This document shows positions 27,882 through 36,453 of a stretch of DNA of 64,000 nt, piece by piece (position 1 is the stretch's first letter; every line of letters starts with the position of its first letter). This DNA is from a virus. Taxonomy: Duplodnaviria > Caudoviricetes. The notes under the pieces are model-generated. The model saw only the letters and a list, made by a program, of their open reading frames with translations. It was not told where the DNA came from and searched no databases. The translations under genes and the position numbers were made by a program. The stretch covers positions 3,426 to 67,425 of the IMG/VR virus record IMGVR_UViG_2938905056_000003; one strand, given 5' to 3'.

Positions 27882-29644
27882 TGATGCGATATACGTTGGA
27901 AGCTGAAAAATACGGGATACGTTGGGATGGAACAGAGGCAGACGCAACTACGCAAGGAATCAATCGCGCAATTTTCGAAGCCGCTGAGGCCGGTTACTCT
28001 GAGGTTTATATACCGAAAGGTAAATATCTTATAGACGCAGTAAATCGTCTTGCTGTTAATCCGGAAGAAGGCGCAGGGATACGTGTTCCTTCCGATATGA
28101 CCATAATCAGACACCCAAAAGCCGAATTTATCGTAGACCCTAATAACTCTTACGGATATTCTTGTTTCTATCTCGGTGAAGTGGAAAATGTAACTCTAAA
28201 AGGCGGAAGAATTAGAGGCGATCGATTCAAACATGACTTTACAGGACACGGTGATCTCGAGAAAAAGAAAACTCATGAATGGGGATACGGGATTAACATA
28301 CACGGAGCAAAAAATATCGTAATCGAGGATATTAATATATCAGAATGTACCGGAGATTGCGTAATGGTGTGCGCCAAAGGAATGTTAAATGTCACATGGA
28401 CTGATTATAGACCAGCAAGAAATGTAACTATTAGAAATTGTATTCTTGATGGTGCTAGGCGTAATAACATCTCAGTCACAGGTGGAGAAGATGTGTTGAT
28501 AGATGATAACGTGATCACAAACGCTGGAATAGCTGATGGTTGCGGTCCATCTTTCGGAATTGATATTGAAGGTTATGGAGAAGGCGACATTGATTACGAA
28601 GAACCGCGTAATGTAAAAGTCACTAATAATACTTTCTCAGGGAACGTTAAACAATCTGTATGCAACTTCAGTGGTTATGAGGTTGTCATTGAGAATAATC
28701 ACTCCGACAACACTATCTCTTACGGTTATGGAACTGACACCATAATATCTAATAATGTCCTTATTCGCCGCGATAATAAAGAAACAGCGATTTCATCTTT
28801 AGGAGTATCCTCAGGCTTTACAGGAAACAACGCAGCCATAATCGGGAACTCAATAAAAGGATTTAGTAGTGGCATTGATATTCGAGGTGCTGATGTCGTT
28901 GTTATGAGTAATGTAATATCGGATCTTTCAGTCGATGGGGTTGCGTTAGGGACCTTCGAAGCTAGAAACGTATTATTCGCAGGAAATGTCGTTAGTAATT
29001 GTCCAGGCAAACACTGTACGGCTAACAAGTCTCTCGATATCACTTTTGAAAACAATAAACTCAACAGCTCCGATATACATTCGATTGAAGCAATTGATTC
29101 TCACAACATTATCTCAAGGTCTAATAAAGTGAAAAACAGTAAAAAAGGTATAGTAGTGACTCGATCTTCTGCAGTAATATCAGACAACGATATTGATCTA
29201 ACGGAGTATTCCGGAGATGTATCGTACGCCATTGCCTTTGATAAAGGAAGTGACGTGGTTATTAAGAATAATCACATACCAGCTCCGGCCAATATGGCTA
29301 TATACGGAGAAAGCGCTGATGGGCGCGAGGTATGTATTAAAGACAATAATATTTCTAACGCCAAGTGCTTAACGGCTGTTTATTTAGTCGGCGGTAAAAA
29401 ACCAAAGATATCTAACAATGATATAACATTTAGACGTACAGCTTCCGGCGGATACGGCATACTAACGAAAGGAACATCCGACGCATTACTCGATGGAAAT
29501 ACCGTGTACTCAGTCAGTGAGTTTAAATTATACAGTCCGATAAAAACAGATGAATCTATTAATTCGCGAGTTATCGGAAATAAAATATCCGGCAACCTTG
29601 CGCTGAACAAAACCGACATCGAAACGAATAATATTCCAATTTAA
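27881..29644 (+). CDS. Right-handed beta-helix (pectate lyase-like) protein
   Basis: GINRAI..VYIPKGKYLI, HEWGYGI, RRNNISV, GIDIE; N/I-rich parallel beta-helix repeats; AT-rich. Confidence 0.85.
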   Translation: MMRYTLEAEKYGIRWDGTEADATTQGINRAIFEAAEAGYSEVYIPKGKYLIDAVNRLAVNPEEGAGIRVPSDMTIIRHPKAEFIVDPNNSYGYSCFYLGEVENVTLKGGRIRGDRFKHDFTGHGDLEKKKTHEWGYGINIHGAKNIVIEDINISECTGDCVMVCAKGMLNVTWTDYRPARNVTIRNCILDGARRNNISVTGGEDVLIDDNVITNAGIADGCGPSFGIDIEGYGEGDIDYEEPRNVKVTNNTFSGNVKQSVCNFSGYEVVIENNHSDNTISYGYGTDTIISNNVLIRRDNKETAISSLGVSSGFTGNNAAIIGNSIKGFSSGIDIRGADVVVMSNVISDLSVDGVALGTFEARNVLFAGNVVSNCPGKHCTANKSLDITFENNKLNSSDIHSIEAIDSHNIISRSNKVKNSKKGIVVTRSSAVISDNDIDLTEYSGDVSYAIAFDKGSDVVIKNNHIPAPANMAIYGESADGREVCIKDNNISNAKCLTAVYLVGGKKPKISNNDITFRRTASGGYGILTKGTSDALLDGNTVYSVSEFKLYSPIKTDESINSRVIGNKISGNLALNKTDIETNNIPI

Positions 29645-29647
29645 TCG

Positions 29648-29676
29648 TTGACTTTCGTTATACGATATCGTATAAT
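29648..29676 (+). promoter_or_regulatory. SigA promoter with perfect 18-bp operator
   Basis: TTGACT-N17-TATAAT overlapped by TTATACGATATCGTATAA (29658-29675). Confidence 0.8.
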
Positions 29677-29704
29677 AGAATTATAGAAAGGAGGGAAAAA
29701 CGAA

Positions 29705-29802
29705 TTGAACGCGGAAACGGTACTAATAACTTCGTCATTGCGCTAACGAATTTGGCAACCGCCTGCGTTAACGCAAAAAACGCTAATCGCAAAAACGACT
29801 AG
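29705..29802 (+). pseudogene. Frameshifted small hydrophobic peptide
   Basis: Strong RBS AAAGGAGG, TTG; stops after 13 aa, but one added base near 29732 gives MNAETVLITSVIALTNLATACVNAKNANRKND. Confidence 0.45.
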
Positions 29803-29898
29803 CGCCAGAAACGTTGATACGGGGATAGATGTGAGAGTCCTCCCCGTGTCTCCTATAGTACCGTATCAAAAACGAAAACACAAGGAGGCGAGCGCGCC

Positions 29899-29988
29899 AT
29901 GATAACGGCTTTATCAATCGTAATTACGGCGGCGGCCCTGATCGTTGCAATCGCGGGCCTGGTCGTCGCACTCAAACGGAGGCGATAA
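29899..29988 (+). CDS. 29-aa single-TM peptide (type I toxin-like)
   Basis: AAGGAGG RBS; MITALSIVITAAALIVAIAGLVVALKRRR. Confidence 0.7.
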   Translation: MITALSIVITAAALIVAIAGLVVALKRRR

Positions 29989-29992
29989 CGGT

Positions 29993-30196
29993 ATGCAGCA
30001 GCTTATGATTCGTAAAATATGGTCGGATACGCCGGCACTTACACCGCAGCAGGAAGCGCAGATCCTCGATCTATACGAGCGCCCCGCCGCCAATTTCGGT
30101 CGATGTGGGCGCGCTTACCAAATTGGGATCAATTCGATGTTACAATATTTCGGCTATCGGATCGAAGTCGAAACGGAGGCTATGAACGATGATTGA
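29993..30196 (+). CDS. Hypothetical protein
   Basis: ATG at 29993 behind CGGAGG. Confidence 0.6.
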   Translation: MQQLMIRKIWSDTPALTPQQEAQILDLYERPAANFGRCGRAYQIGINSMLQYFGYRIEVETEAMNDD

Positions 30197-30305
30197 ATAC
30201 GCTTGTAACGAATGTAATTACGCAAGACTTGACGTAGAAATTAAGCCTGACGCGTGCTGCCCTACGTGTGGAGCGCGCCTGCAGGTCGAGGAGGAAATCG
30301 TATGA
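30189..30305 (+). CDS. 38-aa zinc-ribbon peptide
   Basis: MIEYACNECNYARLDVEIKPDACCPTCGARLQVEEEIV; GGAGG RBS; ATGA coupling to next gene. Confidence 0.65.
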   Translation: MIEYACNECNYARLDVEIKPDACCPTCGARLQVEEEIV

Positions 30306-30739
30306 AACGTTTATTTAAATCAATCGTAATCACCGCGGCTTTGATCGCGAGCACTGCCGCTTTGGCGCCGCAAGCTGATGCAGCCTGGTCGGGCTGGCAG
30401 ACGGAGAAGTTCGGACATAAAGCGCGCGTCTATACGGATGCAACTACGTACACAAGCAGCGCAAAGTCGGTCGATTGGAAGGCCGAAAAGAAAGGCGCGG
30501 CAACGCTTTACTATACGGCCGGCGTTTATAAAAAGCGCTCAGGTGGCGGGCTGACCGATACGGGTTTAGTGCAGCGCGGAAGCTTTAAGACCGCAACTCC
30601 GCTGAAGTCGTTTAGCGTAAAGTCGATTCGTGGTAAAACTGGCGCCGGTAGCTACGTGATTCAGATCGATTGTTATACGGATTCGGGCAAGCGCCACTAT
30701 ATCGGGACTTTCGAGTCAGCGCGTTTTAACGTGAAATAA
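30302..30739 (+). CDS. Secreted basic beta-rich protein (possibly YoaW-like)
   Basis: Signal peptide MKRLFKSIVITAALIASTAALAPQADA; GAGGAGG RBS. Confidence 0.75.
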   Translation: MKRLFKSIVITAALIASTAALAPQADAAWSGWQTEKFGHKARVYTDATTYTSSAKSVDWKAEKKGAATLYYTAGVYKKRSGGGLTDTGLVQRGSFKTATPLKSFSVKSIRGKTGAGSYVIQIDCYTDSGKRHYIGTFESARFNVK

Positions 30740-30749
30740 GCGCAAAAAT

Positions 30750-30777
30750 AAAGACGCCTTAACGGGCGTCCTTTTTC
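30750..30777 (+). terminator. Rho-independent terminator
   Basis: GACGCC-ttaacg-GGCGTC-CTTTTT. Confidence 0.7.
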
Positions 30778-30822
30778 GTTCCACCAATTGGTTAAAAACT
30801 TTTTTTATTTTTTTATCAAAAG

Positions 30823-30853
30823 TGTTTACATTGTAAACAATACGTGATATGAT
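30823..30853 (+). promoter_or_regulatory. SigA promoter with palindromic operator
   Basis: TTTACA-N17-TATGAT with TG; TGTTTACA-T-TGTAAACA over the -35. Confidence 0.75.
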
Positions 30854-30900
30854 GTAATCAAGATAAAGGAAACAAACAAAACGCAAAGGGGACGGTAAAC

Positions 30901-31089
30901 ATGAAAACTTATCAAATCAAGGAACTTCAAAAGGAATTAGCTAAAATGGAAAGAATCGCAAATAGCATCAAGGAAATGATCAATGAGTACGAAGGTCCGG
31001 TTTGGGGTAAAAACAATCTTATCAAAGAGTTCAACAAACATGTAAGAATTGCTAAAGCTATCAGAGAAGATCTGAAAGGAGCTTTCTAA
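30901..31089 (+). CDS. Small helical hypothetical protein
   Basis: RBS AAAGGGG; first gene of three-gene operon. Confidence 0.7.
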   Translation: MKTYQIKELQKELAKMERIANSIKEMINEYEGPVWGKNNLIKEFNKHVRIAKAIREDLKGAF

Positions 31090-31090
31090 T

Positions 31091-31327
31091 ATGAGTGCAA
31101 TCAAACGTATTATCGAATTAAACATACAGAACCGGGTGTTAGAGGAAGCACCAGGTACGGGCTCAGAAAGAATTGAATTAAACTCCGCGATTATTGAGCA
31201 GGAGCAGATACTTAAGGACCAAATCGGACTCCAAGGCTTTAATGAAGTTATCGACGCGGTAGTAGACTTTATAGAAGGTAATTCTTCCGAAAAACACGTA
31301 TGGGACGTTTATTATCGGTGGACATGA
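31091..31327 (+). CDS. Hypothetical protein
   Basis: RBS AAAGGAG; coupled to neighbours. Confidence 0.7.
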   Translation: MSAIKRIIELNIQNRVLEEAPGTGSERIELNSAIIEQEQILKDQIGLQGFNEVIDAVVDFIEGNSSEKHVWDVYYRWT

Positions 31328-31515
31328 CAATTCCGAAATTATTAACTAAGTCCGACATGGCGACTCGGTGGTCTGTTACCCGTCAAGTCGTCAACAATTG
31401 GTCTAAACGACATGCTGACTTCCCTTCGGAGGTTACTCGCGTAGATAACGGCCGCCTTCCCCTTTATCTAGAATCGGATATAGAGAAATACGAAAAAGCG
31501 AGAGATTTAGTATAG
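31324..31515 (+). CDS. AlpA/excisionase-like HTH protein
   Basis: LLTKSDMATRWSVTRQVVNNWSKRHADFP..LPLYLESDIEKYE. Confidence 0.75.
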   Translation: MTIPKLLTKSDMATRWSVTRQVVNNWSKRHADFPSEVTRVDNGRLPLYLESDIEKYEKARDLV

Positions 31516-31537
31516 TCCTCGCTTCTTTGCGTTTCCT

Positions 31538-31969
31538 TTAAATATTAACGCGCGCTTTCCTTTTCGCACCTATATTCGACCATATCGCGTCCTGCTTTCG
31601 TTTATTCTCGGCAGCTTCCGGAAACATGCGAAAAAACTCGGCTTCGTCTTCGATAGGCTTGCGGAAATAATAGACGAGATTCTTCGCGCCACCTCCGTTC
31701 TCTACTGTCTGTATTAGCTGCGCCTGAACTAGCGTTTTGACTGCGTTACGGTACGTTGAATCGCTCATAGCCAGCGCCCTAGCCGCCTGTTCTTGCGTTG
31801 GAAAGGCGTAGCCATAATCCGCGTTATAAAACTTCAGCAGAAACGCGTATACCAACACGGCGTTACCGTTTAGCTTCGGAAAGTATTGATAATGCGTAAG
31901 AATAACGTTAGGTATGCCCGTATAGCCCGCCGCAGTGTCAAACGGAAGGGCCTTCGCTTTATCGCTCAT
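31538..31969 (-). CDS. Rep-like winged HTH protein
   Basis: GYTGIPN..LVYAFLL..YGYAFPTQEQAARALAMSDSTYRNAVKTLVQAQLI. Confidence 0.8.
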   Translation of the reverse strand: MSDKAKALPFDTAAGYTGIPNVILTHYQYFPKLNGNAVLVYAFLLKFYNADYGYAFPTQEQAARALAMSDSTYRNAVKTLVQAQLIQTVENGGGAKNLVYYFRKPIEDEAEFFRMFPEAAENKRKQDAIWSNIGAKRKARVNI

Positions 31970-32000
31970 ATAATCGTCCTCCACTTAAATAATATTCGAC

Positions 32001-32180
32001 TTAAGCCGGCTTACGGCGCTGCCACTCCGTCAGTAAACGATCGAGTTCGGGTGTACGCGCATATTGCCAAAACTTCCGTAAAGTATTTTCGTTCAAGCCT
32101 ACGCAGATATAGCGTTGGTTATGGTCGCGCAGGAATTGGTATAGATTCGCAGAATAGCAGTAATAATAGCCGTTTTGCAT
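32001..32180 (-). CDS. Small DUF5659-like protein (not in ORF track)
   Basis: GGAGGTG RBS; MQNGYYYCYSANLYQFLRDHNQRYICVGLNENTLRKFWQYARTPELDRLLTEWQRRKPA. Confidence 0.75.
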   Translation of the reverse strand: MQNGYYYCYSANLYQFLRDHNQRYICVGLNENTLRKFWQYARTPELDRLLTEWQRRKPA

Positions 32181-32218
32181 TCGGTCGCACCTCCGTAATT
32201 AGATAAATAAAAAGGCGC

Positions 32219-32716
32219 CTATGCGCCCGTATGCTCCACCCTTTCGCCTGTTGCGATATTAACCGTAAACTGACCGTCCGTGCGTCCGTTGATAAAATCG
32301 TTATAGCGCTTGCGACGTTGTTTATTTAGCGACTTAGCGCGCGCATCAACGAAAATCGATTCGTAGGTAGATAACGACCGGCGCTTTGGTTCGGCACGAT
32401 TGCGCCCCGTTTGGTCGTATTCTTCCGCAAATTTATCCGAAGCCTCTTTTTTATAGCGCTCGTCAAGTTGCGACTCACTCATAAACGGATACTCTTCGCG
32501 CGTCATTTTATCCGGATGACGATCGGATAATTCTTCGTAAAGTACCAGATTCGCCATACGTTCCAACGCAAAAGTATCGGGATGTTCGCCAACTGAATCG
32601 TAGTAGGCGTCGGACAGAGCCGTAATTTCTTCGATGCGTTCCAGACGCGATAGTTCACCGGCTTTTGTGCGCTTATATAGTTCCGTGATCGTTTCGTGCA
32701 ATAACGTTTTATCCAT
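32219..32716 (-). CDS. Conserved-looking phage protein
   Basis: LERMANLVLYEELSDRHPDKMTREEYPFMS; coupled to sigma-r4 gene. Confidence 0.7.
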   Translation of the reverse strand: MDKTLLHETITELYKRTKAGELSRLERIEEITALSDAYYDSVGEHPDTFALERMANLVLYEELSDRHPDKMTREEYPFMSESQLDERYKKEASDKFAEEYDQTGRNRAEPKRRSLSTYESIFVDARAKSLNKQRRKRYNDFINGRTDGQFTVNIATGERVEHTGA

Positions 32717-33099
32717 TAATACGTCCCCCTAATCGCGTAGCCTTCGCCATGGCTCGCCCAGTAATAATAAATGTCCGTAAGCTTATCGGCTGCCGCGTCG
32801 ATGTGTCTCGATATCGTATCCTGTCCGACGCCCATCCGTTCGCCCGCCTCGGCTTGCGTTAGTTCGCCGAAGTAAACGAGCTCGATCGCCTGGCGCTGGC
32901 GGTCCGTTAAATTCGCTAGTTCAAGCGCCTTGTGAATATCGATAAGAATCGTGGCCGCGTCGTAATCTCCGCAACGCTTGCGGCTGACGAACTTCTGATA
33001 ATCGGCGAGTAATAGCTTGACGCCTTCTGCGTTATCGAGCGCATAGGCTGCGTCGAATTCGCGTTCCTTTCGATGTAGATCGACTTTGACTGAACCCAT
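32716..33099 (-). CDS. Sigma-70 region 4-like HTH regulator
   Basis: LTDRQRQAIELVYFGELTQAEAGERMGVGQDTISRHI; ATG at 33099 behind GGGAGG. Confidence 0.8.
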   Translation of the reverse strand: MGSVKVDLHRKEREFDAAYALDNAEGVKLLLADYQKFVSRKRCGDYDAATILIDIHKALELANLTDRQRQAIELVYFGELTQAEAGERMGVGQDTISRHIDAAADKLTDIYYYWASHGEGYAIRGTY

Positions 33100-33365
33100 T
33101 CGTAATTCCTCCCGTTTCATTTTCGTCTTGCAACCTAGTAATCGCGACACCCTCCCGCAGAGTTGCGAGAAAAAAGCTGTCATATAATAAAAGCGAAGAA
33201 AGGATAAATATTCTCCTTATGTCAATGAAGCGAAATAGCAGAATCCCTACGCAGCAAAGTTAATCGGCGGGTCAGTAAATATTTTTCGACAATCTTATAC
33301 GCCGTTCGACACAACAAGACGTTCGCGTACTCTAGCGTTACGAGATCGAGCCTTCCCTGCTTTCG

Positions 33366-33394
33366 TTGACTCCTTCGTTAATTTCGTTTATGAT
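33366..33394 (+). promoter_or_regulatory. SigA promoter
   Basis: TTGACT-N17-TATGAT upstream of 33427. Confidence 0.7.
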
Positions 33395-33426
33395 TAACGT
33401 AAACGCTTCCGAAAGGAGTTTCGTTA

Positions 33427-33825
33427 ATGGTTCTTACATGGGTATCTAACGAACCTGTTGAGCGTAAACTTAAAGCGTACATAACTATCGAAAAGCAGCG
33501 TCGCCTATTTGTCTCGACCGGAGCTCGTCGCATTATCGGCCTGCCTACGGATGGTCCGTTTTATCTGACGGTCGCATATGACGCGGATGAAAAGCGCATC
33601 GTGGTCGGCAAGCCGGAGTTAGTAAACCAACCGGACGTCAAACCGTTCAAGTTCGATAAGCGTGGCAACGTGTCGGCCATTCCGTTCTTGCGTAAGGTCG
33701 GCATTGATTTCGACAGCCTACCGCAGCGCTATTACTTGATTGGCGATGGCGAGGCGTCCAAGCAGCCGTATTTGGCGTATCCTTCGCATACATACGCGTT
33801 TCAGTTAGACACCGACGCTAATTGA
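33427..33825 (+). CDS. Hypothetical protein, possible AbrB/MraZ-like swapped hairpin
   Basis: AAAGGAG RBS, own promoter; ITIEKQRRLFVS..R..IGL and FDKRGNV motifs. Confidence 0.7.
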   Translation: MVLTWVSNEPVERKLKAYITIEKQRRLFVSTGARRIIGLPTDGPFYLTVAYDADEKRIVVGKPELVNQPDVKPFKFDKRGNVSAIPFLRKVGIDFDSLPQRYYLIGDGEASKQPYLAYPSHTYAFQLDTDAN

Positions 33826-34751
33826 TCCGCAAGCGCCCGTCCGATATACCACGCAACGCGCGAAGCAATTCCGTTACCGACAATCCGATATTGCGCCGAT
33901 AAGGAAATATCGTCTGGCAGGACGTAAGTATCTGGCGCAGATTGGATTCGAAGGCATTCGCGGACGGTGAAACGGCGCGGCGCTTCTGTCGGATGGATCG
34001 GCTGTCCACTGTTGTGATGCGCTGGAATCGTATTAGACGGTTTATCTAGCGATTGCACGCGATTGGCTTGATCGTATGTGTATTCGCTTTTTGGCGTCCA
34101 ATACTTTCCGCAGTCTTGGCGCTCGGGTTCTGGCAAATCTCCGATAACATCCCGCAATACTCGCGTCTGATAGTCGCCTTCTAACGGTTTCGGGAACTCG
34201 AATGTGAAGCCAAGGTCTTTCCGTATTCCGACGATGAACACGCGCTCACGCTTCTGTGCTACACCGTAGTCCCACGCGTTGATTAGTTTCCAACTTACGT
34301 TAAAACCGGCCTCTTCGTATTTTTTAATAAGAGGCTCAAACGTTTTTTCTCTATGTTTTTTCCCTATAAGACCTTTAACATTTTCGAATACAAAAAATTT
34401 GGGCTGTTTACATTTGACGGTTTCAAGGTGATTCCACACGAGTTTTCCACGTTCTCCATCTTCTCCCTCACCGTTTCCTGATACCGAATAATCCTGACAG
34501 GGAGGCCCACCGCAAATACCGTCAGTATTAGGTAGCCTATTTATTTTGATTTTTCGGATATCCGCCTGTTCAACGTGATCGCCGAAGTTATATCGGTAAG
34601 CTTTAACGGCATTCTTATCGAAATCAAGCGCCTTCACAATATCGTAGCCCGCCGCTTTAAAGCCGATTGCGCCAAGTCCGCCGCCGCAGAATAGTTCGAG
34701 TACCGTAAGTCCGTTTGCCGGCTGTTGCGGCGTTAAGTTAAATTCCGTCAT
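33801..34751 (-). CDS. Orphan DNA cytosine-5 methyltransferase
   Basis: Motifs I LELFCGGG, IV GGPPCQ, VI ENVKGL, VIII QKRERVF, IX-X RECLRIQ..GNG. Confidence 0.95.
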   Translation of the reverse strand: MTEFNLTPQQPANGLTVLELFCGGGLGAIGFKAAGYDIVKALDFDKNAVKAYRYNFGDHVEQADIRKIKINRLPNTDGICGGPPCQDYSVSGNGEGEDGERGKLVWNHLETVKCKQPKFFVFENVKGLIGKKHREKTFEPLIKKYEEAGFNVSWKLINAWDYGVAQKRERVFIVGIRKDLGFTFEFPKPLEGDYQTRVLRDVIGDLPEPERQDCGKYWTPKSEYTYDQANRVQSLDKPSNTIPAHHNSGQPIHPTEAPRRFTVRECLRIQSAPDTYVLPDDISLSAQYRIVGNGIASRVAWYIGRALADQLASVSN

Positions 34752-35314
34752 AGTATCGCCTCCATCAACGCGTCCAGTTTCGCGTATAATTCATCGATCG
34801 TACCATCGTTTGTACTTTCGTAATCAACTTCGAAATCTAGCAACGCAAGCTCGGTCGGATGTTTCAGCGCAGCCAAATCGAAGTCATCGCCGGCTTTTCT
34901 TGCGCGCTCGATCCGTAGGTCTTCCGGCGCCGTGATGCGAATGATCTTAAACCCTTCGGCGCGCAGTCGGTTGTATTCGTTTGGTTGCCGGCAGTCCTCG
35001 ATCAGTACGCGGTTTTTAAGCATCGGCGCTAGACCGCTACCACAGTCGCAAGCATGCCGCGCCAAGTAAGCGTCCACCTTCGTCATGGCAGCGTTAACCC
35101 AGACGTCCTCGCCGAAAGCTTCTCGCGCCCACTGGCCGAACTTTTGATAATACGCCCGTGGCTTCGGCTTTTCGGGTACGGATGGGAACGCGCGATGGAA
35201 GGCGGCTTTAAGTTCGTCACCGAATGCGAACGGATGGAAATCGTAGTGAAGCGATAAGTAACCGGCAGCTTCCGACTTGCCTGCGCGTAAAGGTGCGGTT
35301 AGGGCGAGCTTCAT
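34748..35314 (-). CDS. dNMP kinase-like P-loop protein
   Basis: APLRAGKS, F.DELK, EDCRQPNE, NDGTIDEL. Confidence 0.75.
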   Translation of the reverse strand: MKLALTAPLRAGKSEAAGYLSLHYDFHPFAFGDELKAAFHRAFPSVPEKPKPRAYYQKFGQWAREAFGEDVWVNAAMTKVDAYLARHACDCGSGLAPMLKNRVLIEDCRQPNEYNRLRAEGFKIIRITAPEDLRIERARKAGDDFDLAALKHPTELALLDFEVDYESTNDGTIDELYAKLDALMEAIL

Positions 35315-36273
35315 GGGCGCTCACCAACGTCGTTAAATTCGAGATTAATCGAACTACTCAGTCGAGAATACGCTTCAATCTCCAAACGCGAAATATTTTC
35401 GATCTTTTTTCCTCGTTGATAAACGTCGAACTCCCCTCGCCCTTCATGAATAACGAGCATAAACGGTACGCTTTCGATAATACTTTCGCTTTTAGCCGGC
35501 TCCTTCAAACGCGCCAATTCTTCGCCGTGCGTCCGGTTGTCTTTGTGCAGCGTGTCGATTTCGTCTTGCAGCCGCGAAATACGGTCGTGTAATTTTGCGA
35601 AGACTCGGCTGTTTATTTCGGAATCTTCGTCATCCTTACGTTTCAACTTCGCAACTTCATCCGCCAGCTTAGATACGACGTCGATCAGGTCGGCTGGCTG
35701 TGGTTCGTCGGCGTCAGTGGTTTCTGCCGGGACGAGTACGCGATAGTCGATACCGGAATCCTTTCCGACAAACCAAATACCTTCATCGCCTATGAACCCG
35801 TTATCAAATCCGTTGAAATCGACCTCAAGTTCGCGCGTAGGCCAATAGTTCTTTTTAATAACCTTTCCGCGATGTCCCGCTACGTAAATTTCATCATGCT
35901 CTTCGTAATCCGATGAAGTTATAACGATCGTCTCGCCGACCTCCGCCTCACGATCGACCATTTCGTAGCGCTGACCGTCAATGTGAACGATATTGGTCGG
36001 TTCGAGTACGCGGTATTCGCTACGGAAGATAAGTCCGTCACCATTCGTAATGGATTTGGCTTCGTCGCTTTCTATGTCGCCCTCTAACGGTTTCCATACA
36101 CGCTCGACAGTAAAGATTTCGCCGTTCTCATACGATTCGCTCCGTGAATTTCTAGCAACAATTACGATCTTCTCGCCAACCCCCGCTTTACGATCGACCT
36201 CTACGTATTCGCGCTTGATGCCGCCAAGTGTTTCGTCAGCCAGTACGTGGATTTTAGCGTTAGTTTCCGTCAT
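35311..36273 (-). CDS. Phage protein with repeated R.A.VGE.IVI domains
   Basis: Two internal repeats (DRKAGVGEKIVIV..EYRVLEP; DREAEVGETIVIT..DYRVLVP) plus coiled coil. Confidence 0.7.
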   Translation of the reverse strand: MTETNAKIHVLADETLGGIKREYVEVDRKAGVGEKIVIVARNSRSESYENGEIFTVERVWKPLEGDIESDEAKSITNGDGLIFRSEYRVLEPTNIVHIDGQRYEMVDREAEVGETIVITSSDYEEHDEIYVAGHRGKVIKKNYWPTRELEVDFNGFDNGFIGDEGIWFVGKDSGIDYRVLVPAETTDADEPQPADLIDVVSKLADEVAKLKRKDDEDSEINSRVFAKLHDRISRLQDEIDTLHKDNRTHGEELARLKEPAKSESIIESVPFMLVIHEGRGEFDVYQRGKKIENISRLEIEAYSRLSSSINLEFNDVGERP

Positions 36274-36438
36274 TTATTCCGCCTCCTTACCGAAAATAAC
36301 TACCGCAGTCGCAACATCCGCCCAATCCTGATCGCGACCTAAATACGACACCTGCACTACGTTACCTCTCACGCCTTTCTTCCGAATGTAATCGCTAATT
36401 GCTTCGGTTAAATCCGTTCTATTTAGCTGAACCTTCAT
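36274..36438 (-). CDS. 54-aa hypothetical protein (not in track)
   Basis: GGGAGG RBS; MKVQLNRTDLTEAISDYIRKKG... Confidence 0.55.
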   Translation of the reverse strand: MKVQLNRTDLTEAISDYIRKKGVRGNVVQVSYLGRDQDWADVATAVVIFGKEAE

Positions 36439-36453
36439 CCGATCGCCCTCCCA

